NCBI GenBank assembly: GCA_965223295.1
Contig: CBDCWC010000003.1
Location: 640,001 to 704,000, forward strand
Direction of reading: 5' to 3'
From: Nitrospirales bacterium
GTDB taxonomy: Bacteria > Nitrospirota > Nitrospiria > Nitrospirales > UBA8639
Length of the DNA: 64,000 nucleotides
The position numbers and the translations under genes are program-made. Position 1 is the stretch's first letter. Each line of letters starts with the position of its first letter. The notes beneath the pieces were generated by a model. That model searched no databases, was not told where the DNA came from, and saw only the letters and a list, made by a program, of their open reading frames with translations. Below, piece after piece: positions 41,230 through 51,098 of the stretch.

Positions 41230-42159
41230 TCATTGTCGTTGACTTCGAAAGAACTCTACCGTCGACTTGAGGCCATCCGACAATGAAATTTGCGGTTCCC
41301 ACCCAAATTGCTCTTGCAATTTCCTGATATCTAACACACTGCGAAACTGTTCACCTTTTTTCGCAGCGCCAAATAATTCCTTACAGGAACTGTTGGTCAG
41401 GGTTTTGATAATGGCGTAACATTCATTCACCGTACTTTCCTGGCCAGTCCCAACATTATAGGCACCCTGAATGTCTTCACCTAGGGTTGTCATAATAGAT
41501 TCCACCACGTCATCTACATAAATAAAATCCCGCGTCTGCTTTCCTGTGCCATTCACAATGGGCTGACCACCGTCTAGCATGAGTTTAGAAAAAATTGCGA
41601 CAACCCCAGCCTCCCCTTCTGGTTCTTGGCGAGGGCCGTAGACATTGGCAAAACGCAGGGATACAGATCGAAGCCCCATCTCCTTCTCATAATACGCCAG
41701 GTATTTTTCTCCAGCTAACTTGCTAATCCCATACGGAGAGAGAGGGTCAGTACGATGGGATTCTGGAGCCGGGAACACCTCTTGCTCTCCATAAATTGCT
41801 CCGCCCGAAGAAGCAAACGACACTTTTCGTACACCATTTTTCACCGCGTGCTCTAAAAGATTCAACGTCCCGAGAATATTGACATCCGCGTCAAAGCTTG
41901 GATTCTCAGTTGAATACCGCACATTCATTTGTGCGGCTAAATGTACAAGGATTAGTGGGCGTTCATTTCGAAAGACACGTTCAATGCGCTCATTTCGAAT
42001 ATCCATTTTATAGAACGTCGCTCTTTTATTGACTTGCTGGCGTTTTCCTGTGGAGAGATTATCCATGACAATGACCTGATTGCCTTCTTGGACTAGTCGA
42101 TCGACCAGATGTGATCCAATAAAACCTGCCCCACCTGTGACCAAAACCTTTACCCCCAT
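41230..42159 (-). CDS. NAD-dependent nucleotide-sugar epimerase (GalE-like extended SDR)
   Basis: TGGAGFIGS, YGISK (YxxxK) and NVYGPRQ motifs. Confidence 0.9.
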   Translation of the reverse strand: MGVKVLVTGGAGFIGSHLVDRLVQEGNQVIVMDNLSTGKRQQVNKRATFYKMDIRNERIERVFRNERPLILVHLAAQMNVRYSTENPSFDADVNILGTLNLLEHAVKNGVRKVSFASSGGAIYGEQEVFPAPESHRTDPLSPYGISKLAGEKYLAYYEKEMGLRSVSLRFANVYGPRQEPEGEAGVVAIFSKLMLDGGQPIVNGTGKQTRDFIYVDDVVESIMTTLGEDIQGAYNVGTGQESTVNECYAIIKTLTNSSCKELFGAAKKGEQFRSVLDIRKLQEQFGWEPQISLSDGLKSTVEFFRSQRQ

Positions 42160-42219
42160 GAGATTCCCTTACCTTTCAGATCCCAACGGTTCATGATTCA
42201 TTCACATCTCTCAATATCT

Positions 42220-43005
42220 TCAAGATTCAGCAAGTGCCCGTTTCTTGACGCCAATGAGGATTTCCTTATTGCCCCGTTTGCCGGAGACAGACGAATCCAT
42301 CACACCGACAAGCTCCAGAGACAACGAGGCCGCATAGTTAACAAACTGCTCTTTGACCAATTTCCTCAATGTTTCATCACGAACAATCCCCCCTTTGCCA
42401 ACGTGTCCCTTCCCGACCTCAAATTGAGGTTTAATCAACGCCACCAGGTAGCCCATCGGCTTGAGCAGCGGGAGAAGCGCCGGCCATACCATCTTGAGAG
42501 AAATAAACGATACATCAATGACCACTAGATCTACAGGTTCTGGAATATCATCCGGCCGCACATACCTAATATTAACTCGATCCATCACAACAACTCGAGA
42601 ATCAGTCCGTAAACCCCAATCTAATTGACCATAGCCCACATCCACCGCATACACGCGCCGAGCGCCCCTCTGTAAGACACAGTCTGTAAATCCTCCTGTT
42701 GAAGCACCGACATCCAACACAACCAACCCCTGACACGATATATCAAACTCTTCTAAAGCCGGAGCAAGTTTTTCCCCACCTCGGCTGGCAAATTGGCGTT
42801 CAGGCTGAATAATGTTAACGTCAACTTCAGGGGGCACGGCTTTTCCAGGTTTATCACTGACCAGCCCTTCCACCCTGACCCGCCCCGCCAGAATAAGACG
42901 ACTCGCTTGGTCACGGCTTTGCACCAACCCGCGAGAGACCAAGAGAGAATCTAATCGCTGCTTTATGGTTCTTTTGAGTGGACGGGAAGATTCTAATGCC
43001 GTCAT
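42220..43005 (-). CDS. tlyA: TlyA-family rRNA 2'-O-methyltransferase
   Basis: S4 domain; SRGGEKL, DVGASTGGFTD, DVSFISL and LIKPQFE motifs. Confidence 0.95.
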   Translation of the reverse strand: MTALESSRPLKRTIKQRLDSLLVSRGLVQSRDQASRLILAGRVRVEGLVSDKPGKAVPPEVDVNIIQPERQFASRGGEKLAPALEEFDISCQGLVVLDVGASTGGFTDCVLQRGARRVYAVDVGYGQLDWGLRTDSRVVVMDRVNIRYVRPDDIPEPVDLVVIDVSFISLKMVWPALLPLLKPMGYLVALIKPQFEVGKGHVGKGGIVRDETLRKLVKEQFVNYAASLSLELVGVMDSSVSGKRGNKEILIGVKKRALAES

Positions 43006-43047
43006 CCACTCTCCAGGAAGAAAAGAACAGAGAGATGAGAGGAAATT

Positions 43048-43293
43048 TTAGGATTCAGTAGAATGAGGTTCCTCCAGCGAAAAGGCTTGAAGACGCTTTC
43101 GTCCATCCTTATCTTGCACAAGGATTTCCACTTTTTTTTCAGCGTCATCCAACATCTTCAAACAGGTCTTCGACAATTTGACGCCTTCTTCAAATACTTT
43201 TAATGACTCATCTAAGGAAAGTTCGCCTTCTTCCAACTCGGTCACAATGGTTTCCAAGCGAGATAGAGCTTTTTCAAATTTTATTGTCGCCAT
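43048..43293 (-). CDS. xseB: Exodeoxyribonuclease VII small subunit
   Basis: FEKALSRLE.IV..LE.G.LSLDESL..FEEG. Confidence 0.95.
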   Translation of the reverse strand: MATIKFEKALSRLETIVTELEEGELSLDESLKVFEEGVKLSKTCLKMLDDAEKKVEILVQDKDGRKRLQAFSLEEPHSTES

Positions 43294-43366
43294 GATGTTC
43301 AGAGTACCGGTTTCGAAAACATTTCCAAAGTATTATAGCGCTCCTACCCCCTGAATCAAAAGCATA

Positions 43367-44725
43367 TCAAGATTTGGACGTATCTATATTCTCAACTCTG
43401 CAGACCAACTCGCCTTCGGACAATGTCGTATGAATTTTTGACCCAACCGTCGTATCCGTTGATTTTTTCAGGACTTTTCCATTGCGGAGATCTTTGACAA
43501 TACTATATCCCCTTGCCAGAACCGCCAGAGGACTTAGTTGATGCATCTGGGAGATCGCTAACGTGACTTTTTGACGTTGATGAAGAACGGTATTTTGGAC
43601 ATTCTGAACCAGTTGTCTATTTATTTCGGCTAACTTGTCTTGTTCCCGACGAATTGCCAAAAGAGGACTGGTTGCCCAAATTGCTGATTGATGCTGCACT
43701 AACAAGAGCTGAACATTTCGACACCAGTCCTTCACTTTTTGATACAACTGCCGCTCCAGGTCGTCTACCCGTTGTATGAAGCGGCTAAGAATAAGCCGTG
43801 GATCAGGTAATCGTTGATCCAACTGCTGCACCTGCACTTTTAACAGGGTCACGATAGCTTTGAAAGCACGGTCCAACCTCGAACGATGATGGACCACCTG
43901 TTCCTTCACGATCGTCCGATCAGGAACTACCAATTCTGCAGCGGCAGAGGGAGTGGGAGCTCGACAATCCGCAACGAAATCAGAAAGCGTCAGATCGGTT
44001 TCATGACCAATTGCCGATACCACCGGAATGCGAGAAGCCGCAATTGCCCGCACGACCCGTTCTTCATTGAACGCCCATAAATCTTCTAGCGATCCTCCAC
44101 CTCGTCCTACAATGATCACATCAACCACTTGCGATTGAGAACGTAATTGATTCAACACCTGAATAGCTGCGACGATTTGACCTGAAGCCGCCGCTCCCTG
44201 GACAGCCACAGGCGCTAGGAGAACCTGAGCCAATGGCCATCGACGGTGCATAATGGTTAATAGATCATGAAGTGCCGCCCCAACGAGTGAGGTCACAACC
44301 CCAATTCGTTCAGGAAAGGATGGCAGGGGCTGCTTGCGAGATTCCTGAAAAAGACCCTCAGCTCCTAACTTCGCTTTCAGTTGCCTAAATGCGAGTTCTA
44401 ATTCTCCTACCCCCTTGGGTTCCACAGCCTCCACCAGCAGTTGATAATCTCCCCGAGGCTCATAAACCGTCAGACGCCCGAGCACGAAAACTTCCAACCC
44501 ATCTTGAAGGGCAAATTTCAGTCGTTTAGCTTGGCTACGAAACAGCACGGCTCGAATCTGACTGCCTTGATCCTTTAACGTGAGATACTGATGTCCGGAA
44601 GATGGACAACGAAGGTTTGAAATTTCCCCTTCCACCCTCACCGAAGGAAATTGCTGTTCTAGATTCGACCGAATTTGTCTCGTGAGCTCCGAGACGGTTA
44701 GCAGAGGCGGGAAAAGTTCGAGCAC
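43367..44725 (-). CDS. xseA: Exodeoxyribonuclease VII large subunit
   Basis: VEGEISN, GRGGGSLEDLWAFNEE, IGHETD, APTPSAAAE and LSPL.VL.RGYS motifs. Confidence 0.96.
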   Translation of the reverse strand: MLELFPPLLTVSELTRQIRSNLEQQFPSVRVEGEISNLRCPSSGHQYLTLKDQGSQIRAVLFRSQAKRLKFALQDGLEVFVLGRLTVYEPRGDYQLLVEAVEPKGVGELELAFRQLKAKLGAEGLFQESRKQPLPSFPERIGVVTSLVGAALHDLLTIMHRRWPLAQVLLAPVAVQGAAASGQIVAAIQVLNQLRSQSQVVDVIIVGRGGGSLEDLWAFNEERVVRAIAASRIPVVSAIGHETDLTLSDFVADCRAPTPSAAAELVVPDRTIVKEQVVHHRSRLDRAFKAIVTLLKVQVQQLDQRLPDPRLILSRFIQRVDDLERQLYQKVKDWCRNVQLLLVQHQSAIWATSPLLAIRREQDKLAEINRQLVQNVQNTVLHQRQKVTLAISQMHQLSPLAVLARGYSIVKDLRNGKVLKKSTDTTVGSKIHTTLSEGELVCRVENIDTSKS

Positions 44726-44734
44726 GGAACGAAA

Positions 44735-45514
44735 CTATTCCAATAACCGGACACGGGAAATATGTGTGGTTTTTTTGGTGGCCGAGTCTATGGTCACGAT
44801 CGCACCAGACAACACAGACGGACCAGACGCCACTTCAAATCTTCGAGGAAGTTGGGTCAAAAATTTTTGAATCACTAGATTTGGCTTCATGCCGATGACG
44901 GATTGCACAGGCCCCGTCATTCCTACATCAGTCAAGTAGCCAGTGCCTTGAGGTAAAATTTGTTCATCGGCCGTCTGCACATGCGTATGCGTTCCCAAAA
45001 CGGCAGAAACTTTTCCATCCAAAAAATAACCCATTGCCATTTTTTCCGAGGTGGTTTCAGCATGCATATCCACAAGAACACAGTCGGTCTGCGTGCTTAA
45101 TTGTGACAATTCCCGCTCTGCCACACGAAAGGGACAATCAACCAGGGGCATGAAAACCCTGCCCATCAGTTGCAGAATTCCTAACCGTTCGCCATGGACC
45201 GTTTCAATCACACAAGCTCCTTTACCAGGCACACCATCGGGATAATTCGCAGGCCGAATCACACGGGATTCTTTTTGCAAATACTCCATGGCCTCCCGCT
45301 TATCCCACGCATGATTGCCTAATGTAACGGCCGACAAACCCAAATCAAAGAGTTCTTGGGCTATATCCGGCGTAATCCCAAATCCACCGGCCGAGTTTTC
45401 TCCATTCCCGACTACAAGATCAATAGCATAGTCCTCTACAACGCTCGAAAGGTGTTTTAACAATACCCGGCGACCGGGTTCGCCCATGATATCTCCAATA
45501 AACAAAATATTCAT
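44735..45514 (-). CDS. ymdB: YmdB-like metallophosphoesterase
   Basis: FIGDIMG.PGR, NGEN, GNHAWD, DMHAETTSEK and GTHTHVQTADE motifs; follows rny. Confidence 0.92.
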   Translation of the reverse strand: MNILFIGDIMGEPGRRVLLKHLSSVVEDYAIDLVVGNGENSAGGFGITPDIAQELFDLGLSAVTLGNHAWDKREAMEYLQKESRVIRPANYPDGVPGKGACVIETVHGERLGILQLMGRVFMPLVDCPFRVAERELSQLSTQTDCVLVDMHAETTSEKMAMGYFLDGKVSAVLGTHTHVQTADEQILPQGTGYLTDVGMTGPVQSVIGMKPNLVIQKFLTQLPRRFEVASGPSVLSGAIVTIDSATKKTTHISRVRLLE

Positions 45515-45541
45515 ACGGCGCGTCTACCAACTCCTCAATGA

Positions 45542-47104
45542 TTATTTGGCAAATTCGATAAATCGATTTTCACGAATCACCGTAACTTTGATTTGTCCAG
45601 GATAGGTCAGTTCTTGTTCAATTTTTTTAGCTAAGTCCCGGGACAGCGCAAAACTTTCAGTCTCGCTCAACTCCCCCTGTCTGATGATTACCCGGACTTC
45701 CCGTCCTGCTTGAATCGCATAAGCCTTATCAACACCGGAATACCCCGTGGCCAAGGATTCCAATTTCTCCAACCGTTTGACATAAGCTTCCAACGTCTCC
45801 CGCCGTGCACCAGGACGAGCCGCTGAGAGCGCCTCAGCTGCCGCGACTAAAACGGACTCAGGGCAGAGCGGTTCAACTTGCTCATGATGGGCCGCAATAG
45901 CATTCACAATGAGTTCCGACTCACCCCATTTCTTCGCCATTTCTGCTCCCAACATGGCATGAGTGCCTTCTTCTTCATGACTCACCACTTTTCCAATATC
46001 ATGAAGCAAGGCCCCTCGTTTGGCGAGTTTCACATCTAATCCCAATTCGGAAGCCATGATTCCGCAAATATACGAAGCTTCACGAGCATGATATAAATTA
46101 TTTTGCCCATAGCTCGTGCGGTATTTCAGCCGACCTAATAATTTCACGATCTCGGGATGAAAATCTGAGAGGCCCACCTCAAAAATGACTTTTTCGGCCT
46201 CATCGCGCATGAGCTTATCCACATCACCTTTGACCTTTTCAACCACCTCTTCAATCCTCGTCGGATGAATCCGACCGTCCTGCATTAAGCGCTCTAAGGA
46301 AACTTTCGCGACTTCCCGTCGTAATGGATCGAACCCGGACACAATCACCGCTTCCGGCGTTTCATCAATGATCAGATCTACTCCCGTTGCCGCCTCTAAG
46401 GCTCGAATATTTCGCCCTTCTCGACCAATAATTCGTCCCTTCATGCCATCATTGGCCAAAGGCACGACTGATATCGTGGCTTCATTGACATAGTCCCGGG
46501 TAATTCGTTGAATAGAGCGGGTGACAATTTCACGGGCATCCCGATCTGCCGCCTCTTTGGCCTCATCTAAAATCCGTTTAGTGAGTAGAGACGCATCAAG
46601 TCTGGCTTCCGTCTCAATTTCACTTAATAACTGACGCTTCGCCTCCTCAGCCGTAATCCCTGCCACCTGCTCAAGCGCCAAACGATGCTCTTTAATCGCT
46701 TGCTCACAGGCAGCCGCCTGCTTCAGTAGGCCCTCTTCCTTCTCTTTAAGGGCCTGTTCTTTACGCCGAAGCTCTTCATCACGTTTATCAAACTGACTCA
46801 CCTTTCGATCAAGCGCTTCTTCCCGCTGATGAATTTTCCGGTCGGCCGCCTGGATTTCATTACGCTTTTCTTTTTCTTTTGCCTGTAGTTCTGATTTTGC
46901 CTGAAACAATAAATCCTTGGCCTCGATCTTAGCTTCCTTCACCACATTTTCCGCTTCCCGGTGAGCATTTTGGGTAAGCTGCTGAATTTGGTCTTCCGCT
47001 TCGGAACGTCGCTTGGCATCTAATTGTTGTTGAAACACTTTTGACAAGACGAAACCCATGGCTAGTCCAACGACACCCAGCAATATAGGCATTAGCATTT
47101 CCAT
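45542..47104 (-). CDS. rny: Ribonuclease Y
   Basis: N-terminal TM, coiled coil, KH (GRIIGREGRNI) and HD (LLHDIGK) domains; AGGAG RBS before 47104. Confidence 0.95.
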   Translation of the reverse strand: MEMLMPILLGVVGLAMGFVLSKVFQQQLDAKRRSEAEDQIQQLTQNAHREAENVVKEAKIEAKDLLFQAKSELQAKEKEKRNEIQAADRKIHQREEALDRKVSQFDKRDEELRRKEQALKEKEEGLLKQAAACEQAIKEHRLALEQVAGITAEEAKRQLLSEIETEARLDASLLTKRILDEAKEAADRDAREIVTRSIQRITRDYVNEATISVVPLANDGMKGRIIGREGRNIRALEAATGVDLIIDETPEAVIVSGFDPLRREVAKVSLERLMQDGRIHPTRIEEVVEKVKGDVDKLMRDEAEKVIFEVGLSDFHPEIVKLLGRLKYRTSYGQNNLYHAREASYICGIMASELGLDVKLAKRGALLHDIGKVVSHEEEGTHAMLGAEMAKKWGESELIVNAIAAHHEQVEPLCPESVLVAAAEALSAARPGARRETLEAYVKRLEKLESLATGYSGVDKAYAIQAGREVRVIIRQGELSETESFALSRDLAKKIEQELTYPGQIKVTVIRENRFIEFAK

Positions 47105-47442
47105 CGTCTGACTCCTATTCGTTTCTCTTTGCACTGCCTGAGGAAAAACTCATCAAAGAAATATAAGCCCCCTTCGAGTGCATAACGTGACTATAGAGAA
47201 GAGAAAGTCAAAAACCCCTTGAGGCAGGGAAAAAGAAAAGGGAAGAATTGAAGAAACAGCTTACCTATCAACTAGGATAGATAGCAGCTTGGGGAAACGG
47301 AAGTTGGTGCGAACAGTTGAAACATCGTGTTTTTGGCTCTGCAACATTTTGCAACACATGCTCTGATTGAAGCCAGACAGACTGCTGCTCAAGGACAGGA
47401 GAAGGGCCCAATTGCCTGAAAACTGGGAGACTGCATTCAAAC

Positions 47443-47607
47443 AGAAGGACCCGCCATACTCCTTGGAAAAAGCTTTAGAAGGCAACTCACAACTCGATTT
47501 CCATACATACCATTGATTGTTTCGAAGAAATTTCAAACACCGTTCTACCGTGCTTCCGACACAACCCGCGATGATAAAGAATTGTACGATCATGGCGGGA
47601 TCCCTAT
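47443..47607 (-). ncRNA. ssrS: Probable 6S RNA
   Basis: Closing stem GGATCCCGCCAT/ATGGCGGGTCC, central bubble, G-U-rich inner stem TCGCGGGTTG/CGAGTTGTGA (pairs better on the minus strand); canonical zapA-6S-rny position. Confidence 0.7.
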
Positions 47608-47830
47608 TTCTTTCCCTCAGAAGGGAATATTCCTTTCTTTCTTTGAAATTCAATAACTTATGAATATTAAAATATCAGAATATCGCCCCTTATTTCAATA
47701 ATACAGAATGACCAGATATGGCACATTTCTCGGCACAAATTTCATGCCTAAAGACCCAAGAACACAAGCATTTGTTTTGAAAGAAAATATTCTGTTGATA
47801 CAAGAACAGGAGTGAAACGAACCGAATAGC

Positions 47831-48124
47831 TTAACCGGAGTGGGCTTCTAAGTGTTCGTCAATGGTTTCCACTAAGAGTTGGGCCCGACGCTCAATTTCA
47901 CTTTCCCCCGATTCACCATGCCGCTGCAGTCGAAGGAGCTGATCGGTGGCATTAATAGCCGCCAGAATGGCCAGCTTGGTCGGTGTACTGGTCCGGGTTT
48001 GTTTAGCCAGTGTGCGCATTTGCGAATCTACAGATTCCGCGAGTTCATGAAAATAGGTCTCATCCCCTTCACCTTGCAAGGAGAATCGCTGACCAAAGAC
48101 TTCAACCTGGATAGTCTTTGTCAT
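47831..48124 (-). CDS. zapA: Cell division protein ZapA
   Basis: VEVFGQ.F.L....D..Y...LA..VD..M...KLAILAAIN. Confidence 0.9.
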   Translation of the reverse strand: MTKTIQVEVFGQRFSLQGEGDETYFHELAESVDSQMRTLAKQTRTSTPTKLAILAAINATDQLLRLQRHGESGESEIERRAQLLVETIDEHLEAHSG

Positions 48125-48139
48125 AGTTCCATTCGGTCA

Positions 48140-48373
48140 TTAATTGTTCGAACGGTCCAAAAACTCAAGTTCGTCTAGCACCTTTTCAATTTTTGAACGA
48201 ATCGTCGTCCGCTCATCTTCCCAACCTTGAGACATATCTTGGTGCTTGGCTAATCGTTCACGAGTCGCGTCAAGTTCTTGCTCAAGGTGAGATTTATCTT
48301 CTCGTAATTCCACCACTAAATCAAGCAATTTTCGAACCCGAACTTCCAGCTTCTCCATTTTTTCGACACTCAC
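48140..48373 (-). CDS. ZapB-like coiled-coil protein
   Basis: Short coiled coil directly upstream of zapA. Confidence 0.7.
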   Translation of the reverse strand: MSVEKMEKLEVRVRKLLDLVVELREDKSHLEQELDATRERLAKHQDMSQGWEDERTTIRSKIEKVLDELEFLDRSNN

Positions 48374-48408
48374 GGAACTCTCCTTTCTCTTAGGTCTAAA
48401 CGAGCGGG

Positions 48409-48437
48409 ACTATAGTGCGTTCAACAAAACCTGTCAA
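48409..48437 (-). promoter_or_regulatory. Putative sigma70 promoter of the zapB-zapA operon (overlaps the slt 3' end)
   Basis: TTGACA-N17-TATAGT. Confidence 0.65.
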
Positions 48438-50691
48438 GAGAAATAGCGGGACAGGCTTCATCAAATATAGCTCGGTAAATTCGATAACTCCCCACCACCC
48501 GCTTAACGTATCCGCGAGTTTCCCGATACCCGATTAATTCGACAAATTCATCTGCTGGACGATGGCCATGGCTGGCTATCCACCGCCGCACCGGTTGAGG
48601 GCCAGCATTATATGCCGCCACAGCATAAATGATGTTTCCCTGGAATTCACTCAGCAGTTGGCCCAAATAATGCGACCCTAGTTGAATATTATACTTAGGT
48701 TGATAGAGCCAATCAGTTTGGTATTTTGCCTTGGTAAGATTTAATTGCTGCGCCACACGGTTGGCTGTTCTGGGCATCAGTTGCATCAGTCCAACTGCAC
48801 CAACCGGAGAAACAACCCTAGCACTATAGAGACTTTCTTCACGGATCAGTCCAGAAACTAAAAACGGGTCTACATGCTGCGGGACAAATGATTGAATTAA
48901 GGCTTGATACCCGATAGGAAATGCCCCGGACCAGGCAGGTGAGGATTGCGGGAGCTTTCCGGTTCTGAGAGTCTGCCCAAAATGGCGAATGGCCAAACGA
49001 ATGCCAATATCATAGGCTCCAATCTCCTTCGCGAAGGATATCAATTGAGGAAAGATTTCCTTGTTTGAACCCTGACGGACATACACCTGTTCAAATTCTT
49101 TCACAGCCTCTTGTGATAACCGAACAGCTTGCAGAGCTTTGAATTTTTGAAAATGGATATCCTGAGCAAGCTTGTCTGAAATTTCCATCGGCTGAGAGTC
49201 GTTGGCAACCAATACAGCTAACGATTGAGGATGCTCTTCATTGAAACCAAGGGAACCGAGTTTTGTTTGTGCCAATTGCCCATAGTAGGTCAAAGGAAAT
49301 GCTTGGCTGACAGTTTGCCAATGCTGTCTGGCCAATGCCAATTGTCCCATGTGATGGTATGAACGAGCCAACCAATACATGGCTCGTGAAGCCGCATGCA
49401 GAGTGGAAGTTGTCTTTGGGTTTTTGGTTTTATTGATGATGTCCTGAAGTATTGAGATCGCTTGAGAAAATTGCTCACGTTGATAATGGATCCATGCCAA
49501 CTTCCAGAGAGCCTTCAGTTTTTTGGAACGTTTCTGAGCAACCTGTGCTGCCTTCTGATAAGCCTCCGCTGACTCAGCCAGACGATCCTGATCGCGCAAC
49601 CAGACTCCGTAGAAGGTATATAGTTGAGCCTGTTGATCTCCTGTAAGGTGATCAGCAGGCAGCTTCTTCACCAAACTGGCAAGCTGTTTGCCTTTACCTT
49701 GTCGTAAATAGACCCGTCCTAACCAGACCCAGGCCTCTGCTTGTCGGGAAGAAGACGACTTAGCAAGCATCTGTAATGATGGTTCAGCTTGACCGTATCG
49801 TTTCAACCTCGCAAGGGCCTTGGCTAACATATAGTGCGCATGAAAATATTGCGGCGTTTGTTTGGAGACCGCCACAACCTTTCGCAATTCCTTCACCGCC
49901 TTGTTCAAGGCTCCACTCTTATACAAAGACGTGGCACGCTGATATCGTTCGCCTTGAGTTGGGACAAACCCCGAATTTTCTTCTTGGCCGAGTTTTTTCT
50001 CAGCCTGAAGACGTTCCGACGCCAATGGATATTTCCACCACAATTCTCGCAGTATCTCTCTCATTTTATCGTTCTGCCCCACCCGCTCCGCACATGTTCC
50101 GATTTGAAGTACCGCACGGGCAGCATTGGCATGTTGAGGTTCAATCTTTAAGGCTTCAGAAAAGACAGAAACAACTGCTAAACAATTTCCAAGCCTAAAG
50201 AGAATGCTTCCACCTGTATACAACACTTCAGCTCGAAGACGTGAATCGTGATACCTTTGAGCAAACTCCAACACCACCTTTCCCGCTTCTTCCCATAACT
50301 CTGCCTTCTCATAGGCTTGGAGTAGCCACAAATGGAGATAATCACTCAGAACAGGAAAATTGCTAAGTGAAGACTGTAATAACGGGATGGCCTGTGTCGC
50401 ATTCACGGTTCGAAGAGCATACCCATATCGAAGGGTTGCCCGTTTGGCCCAAGGATTTTCGGCATATGTAGTGATGATTTGTTGAAAGAGTTGGTCAGCC
50501 TTGTCGGCTTTGCCTAAAACCTTTGAGCGAAACGTTGGCTTGTCAAATTCCACGAGCAGTTCCAAAAAGCAACTTTCAGGGTTCTGACAGGGAGCCGTTG
50601 GTGGATTAAGCGAAGCCACGGTGGAGGGTAACAACACAAGGCACCCTATTATGAACACTCCACTTATGCCATACCGGAGGAGGTTGCGCAT
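48421..50691 (-). CDS. Soluble lytic transglycosylase with TPR repeats (Slt70-like)
   Basis: IREES, GAVGLMQLMP, AAYNAGP and ETRGYVKRV motifs; N-terminal signal and TPRs. Confidence 0.9.
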   Translation of the reverse strand: MRNLLRYGISGVFIIGCLVLLPSTVASLNPPTAPCQNPESCFLELLVEFDKPTFRSKVLGKADKADQLFQQIITTYAENPWAKRATLRYGYALRTVNATQAIPLLQSSLSNFPVLSDYLHLWLLQAYEKAELWEEAGKVVLEFAQRYHDSRLRAEVLYTGGSILFRLGNCLAVVSVFSEALKIEPQHANAARAVLQIGTCAERVGQNDKMREILRELWWKYPLASERLQAEKKLGQEENSGFVPTQGERYQRATSLYKSGALNKAVKELRKVVAVSKQTPQYFHAHYMLAKALARLKRYGQAEPSLQMLAKSSSSRQAEAWVWLGRVYLRQGKGKQLASLVKKLPADHLTGDQQAQLYTFYGVWLRDQDRLAESAEAYQKAAQVAQKRSKKLKALWKLAWIHYQREQFSQAISILQDIINKTKNPKTTSTLHAASRAMYWLARSYHHMGQLALARQHWQTVSQAFPLTYYGQLAQTKLGSLGFNEEHPQSLAVLVANDSQPMEISDKLAQDIHFQKFKALQAVRLSQEAVKEFEQVYVRQGSNKEIFPQLISFAKEIGAYDIGIRLAIRHFGQTLRTGKLPQSSPAWSGAFPIGYQALIQSFVPQHVDPFLVSGLIREESLYSARVVSPVGAVGLMQLMPRTANRVAQQLNLTKAKYQTDWLYQPKYNIQLGSHYLGQLLSEFQGNIIYAVAAYNAGPQPVRRWIASHGHRPADEFVELIGYRETRGYVKRVVGSYRIYRAIFDEACPAISLDRFC

Positions 50692-50726
50692 GACTCAATC
50701 ACTTCTATTCATATTGTTTATCTGTT

Positions 50727-50867
50727 GGGCACCTCTAAAAACTGAAATTTTTTCTGAGAGCAAGGAAGCGGCGCGCGGAAAACCGCAGTGTATGGGCCAA
50801 TACATGAAGATTTGAGCATGCCGCTGACGCCGCCATCGGGAAAAATCTTCAGTTTTTAGAGGTGCCC
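50727..50867. repeat. MITE family B (141 bp)
   Basis: Perfect 20-bp TIRs GGGCACCTCTAAAAACTGAA/TTCAGTTTTTAGAGGTGCCC; 4-bp target duplication TGTT; no transposase. Confidence 0.88.
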
Positions 50868-51098
50868 TGTTGTTATTAACTTCCATATCAATTTCTTCAT
50901 TGAAAGAACACTCACAGAAAATCTTACTTGCTCTCTGTGAAAATGCAGCACAAAAACCCTTTTTTCTGTTGAAAGGGATAAGATAAAAGAAAGGTTGAGG
51001 ACAAAATTTTTGAGAGGCTACGTGTTAGATCAGGAATTGAAAATAGAGCCTGAGTTGCAGATTCAAGGTGCGCTCTCAGAAATGCTTCGCGGCACATT

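Noticed and set aside
47261-47653. 130-aa ORF between zapA and rny
   Set aside because: Overlaps the 6S-like structure and has no protein-like features
50621-50886. 63-64 aa ORFs upstream of slt
   Set aside because: They lie across MITE family B
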